From contig CAVNZM010000001.1 of NCBI GenBank assembly GCA_963693365.1, positions 666,774 through 730,773 on the forward strand: DNA of 64,000 bases, written 5' to 3'. The notes beneath the pieces were generated by a model. The model was given only the letters and a program-made list of their open reading frames with translations. It did not search any database and was not told where the DNA came from. Within the stretch, counting starts at the first letter, position 1. Each line of letters begins with the position of its first letter. Positions 63,186-64,000 of this stretch are shown here, one piece after another. Position numbers and translations under genes: made by a program. The DNA comes from Amoebidium appalachense. Taxonomy: Eukaryota; Protista; Ichthyosporea.

Positions 63186-64000
63186 AAATACTTATATAAT
63201 TTAACAGCCATACAGGGCTTTCTTGAGTCTCCAGACCTTGCCAAGTGTGGCCATGGTGATGAATCCCGGGGGTTGTTTCGTGTAGATGGTCTCGGTGAGT
63301 GGGCTGTTGAGAAAGGCCGTAGACACGTCGAGTTGATGGATGACAGGGCTCTCAATCAACTCATAGTCAACACCGTATTGCTGACTGAAGCCTTGAGCAA
63401 CACCACGGGCCTTGATCTTGGTGTCACCAGCCGAGTTCAGAGTTTTCTCGGAGACAATCCACTTGAAGCCGACGATGTTAGCACCAGGGGGAGGGTCAAC
63501 AAGTTCAAAGATGTCTTTGTCGACCAAGGCTTGATACTCAGCAGTGAGGGCTGACTTGACCTGGTCACCATTGGGTCCGGAACACAGTTGACGGACAAGT
63601 TTGGGTAGTTGGTCGATGTTGATGGGGGGACCGGGGGGAACTGGCAGGGTGGTGGTGGCTTGAAGTCCAACCTTGCCCTGTAGACGGGCAGAACGACGGG
63701 GTGCAGGAACCGGGGGAGGTGGAGACGGGGGGGGGGGGAACTTGGAAGTTCGGAATTGCAGGGGGGGGCAACCTCCGGGCTGGACGGGGCCGAGTGGAAG
63801 TTGTCGGGGGAGCCGGGTCGGATGGGTGTGACGTTGCCAGGGGCAGGATGAGGGTCGGCAGGCTGGGCACGGGGGCAGGGGGGCCGGTGGGGGGGGGTGT
63901 CGGGGGAACGACGATGGCAGGAGGGGGGCCAGAGTACACCAGACAAACATCATCTTCAGTGTCAACTGTGGGGGGTGGGGTGGTCGAGGTAGCAGTGGTG

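Larger units (their letters stand above)
54119..64000 (-). mobile_element. Degenerate Copia-A copy (linker-RT-RNase H-3'UTR) in pieces 64000-63207, 58014-57309 and 54805-54119, hosting nested insertions
   Basis: The pieces are collinear with the + strand Copia-A pol; NPGK|THWDLL is split by solo LTR-B; RNase H YTDADFAG..STTEAE has an internal deletion. Confidence 0.88.

Overview
Eukaryotic, repeat-dense DNA (spliceosomal introns, microsatellites, long G/C homopolymers). It is almost entirely a nest of transposable elements around one apparently intact host gene, a 6-exon NXPE/PC-esterase-like type II membrane protein at 28501-33569. Elements resolved: three Ty1/Copia families (my labels A, B, C; LTRs 925, 735 and 902 bp), a chromodomain-bearing Ty3/Gypsy element, an Ngaro-type tyrosine-recombinase retrotransposon (two partial copies with A/B split direct repeats), a non-LTR retrotransposon, a pogo-like transposase relic, MITE/foldback elements, and CMC-superfamily DNA transposon ends, including a ~15.8-kb intron-containing Plavaka-like element that splits a Copia gag. 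No element is complete and intact. Most notable: (1) a Copia gag-PR-IN cassette with its PBS enclosed by Ngaro termini and RT-RH-YR; (2) a perfect 23-nt reverse copy of initiator tRNA-Met after a 3' LTR, together with one-ended insertions flanked by >100-bp target duplications; (3) a split half-tRNA primer-binding site shared by all three Copia families. All alignments were done by eye. Homopolymer lengths and some junctions could be sequencing or assembly artefacts.
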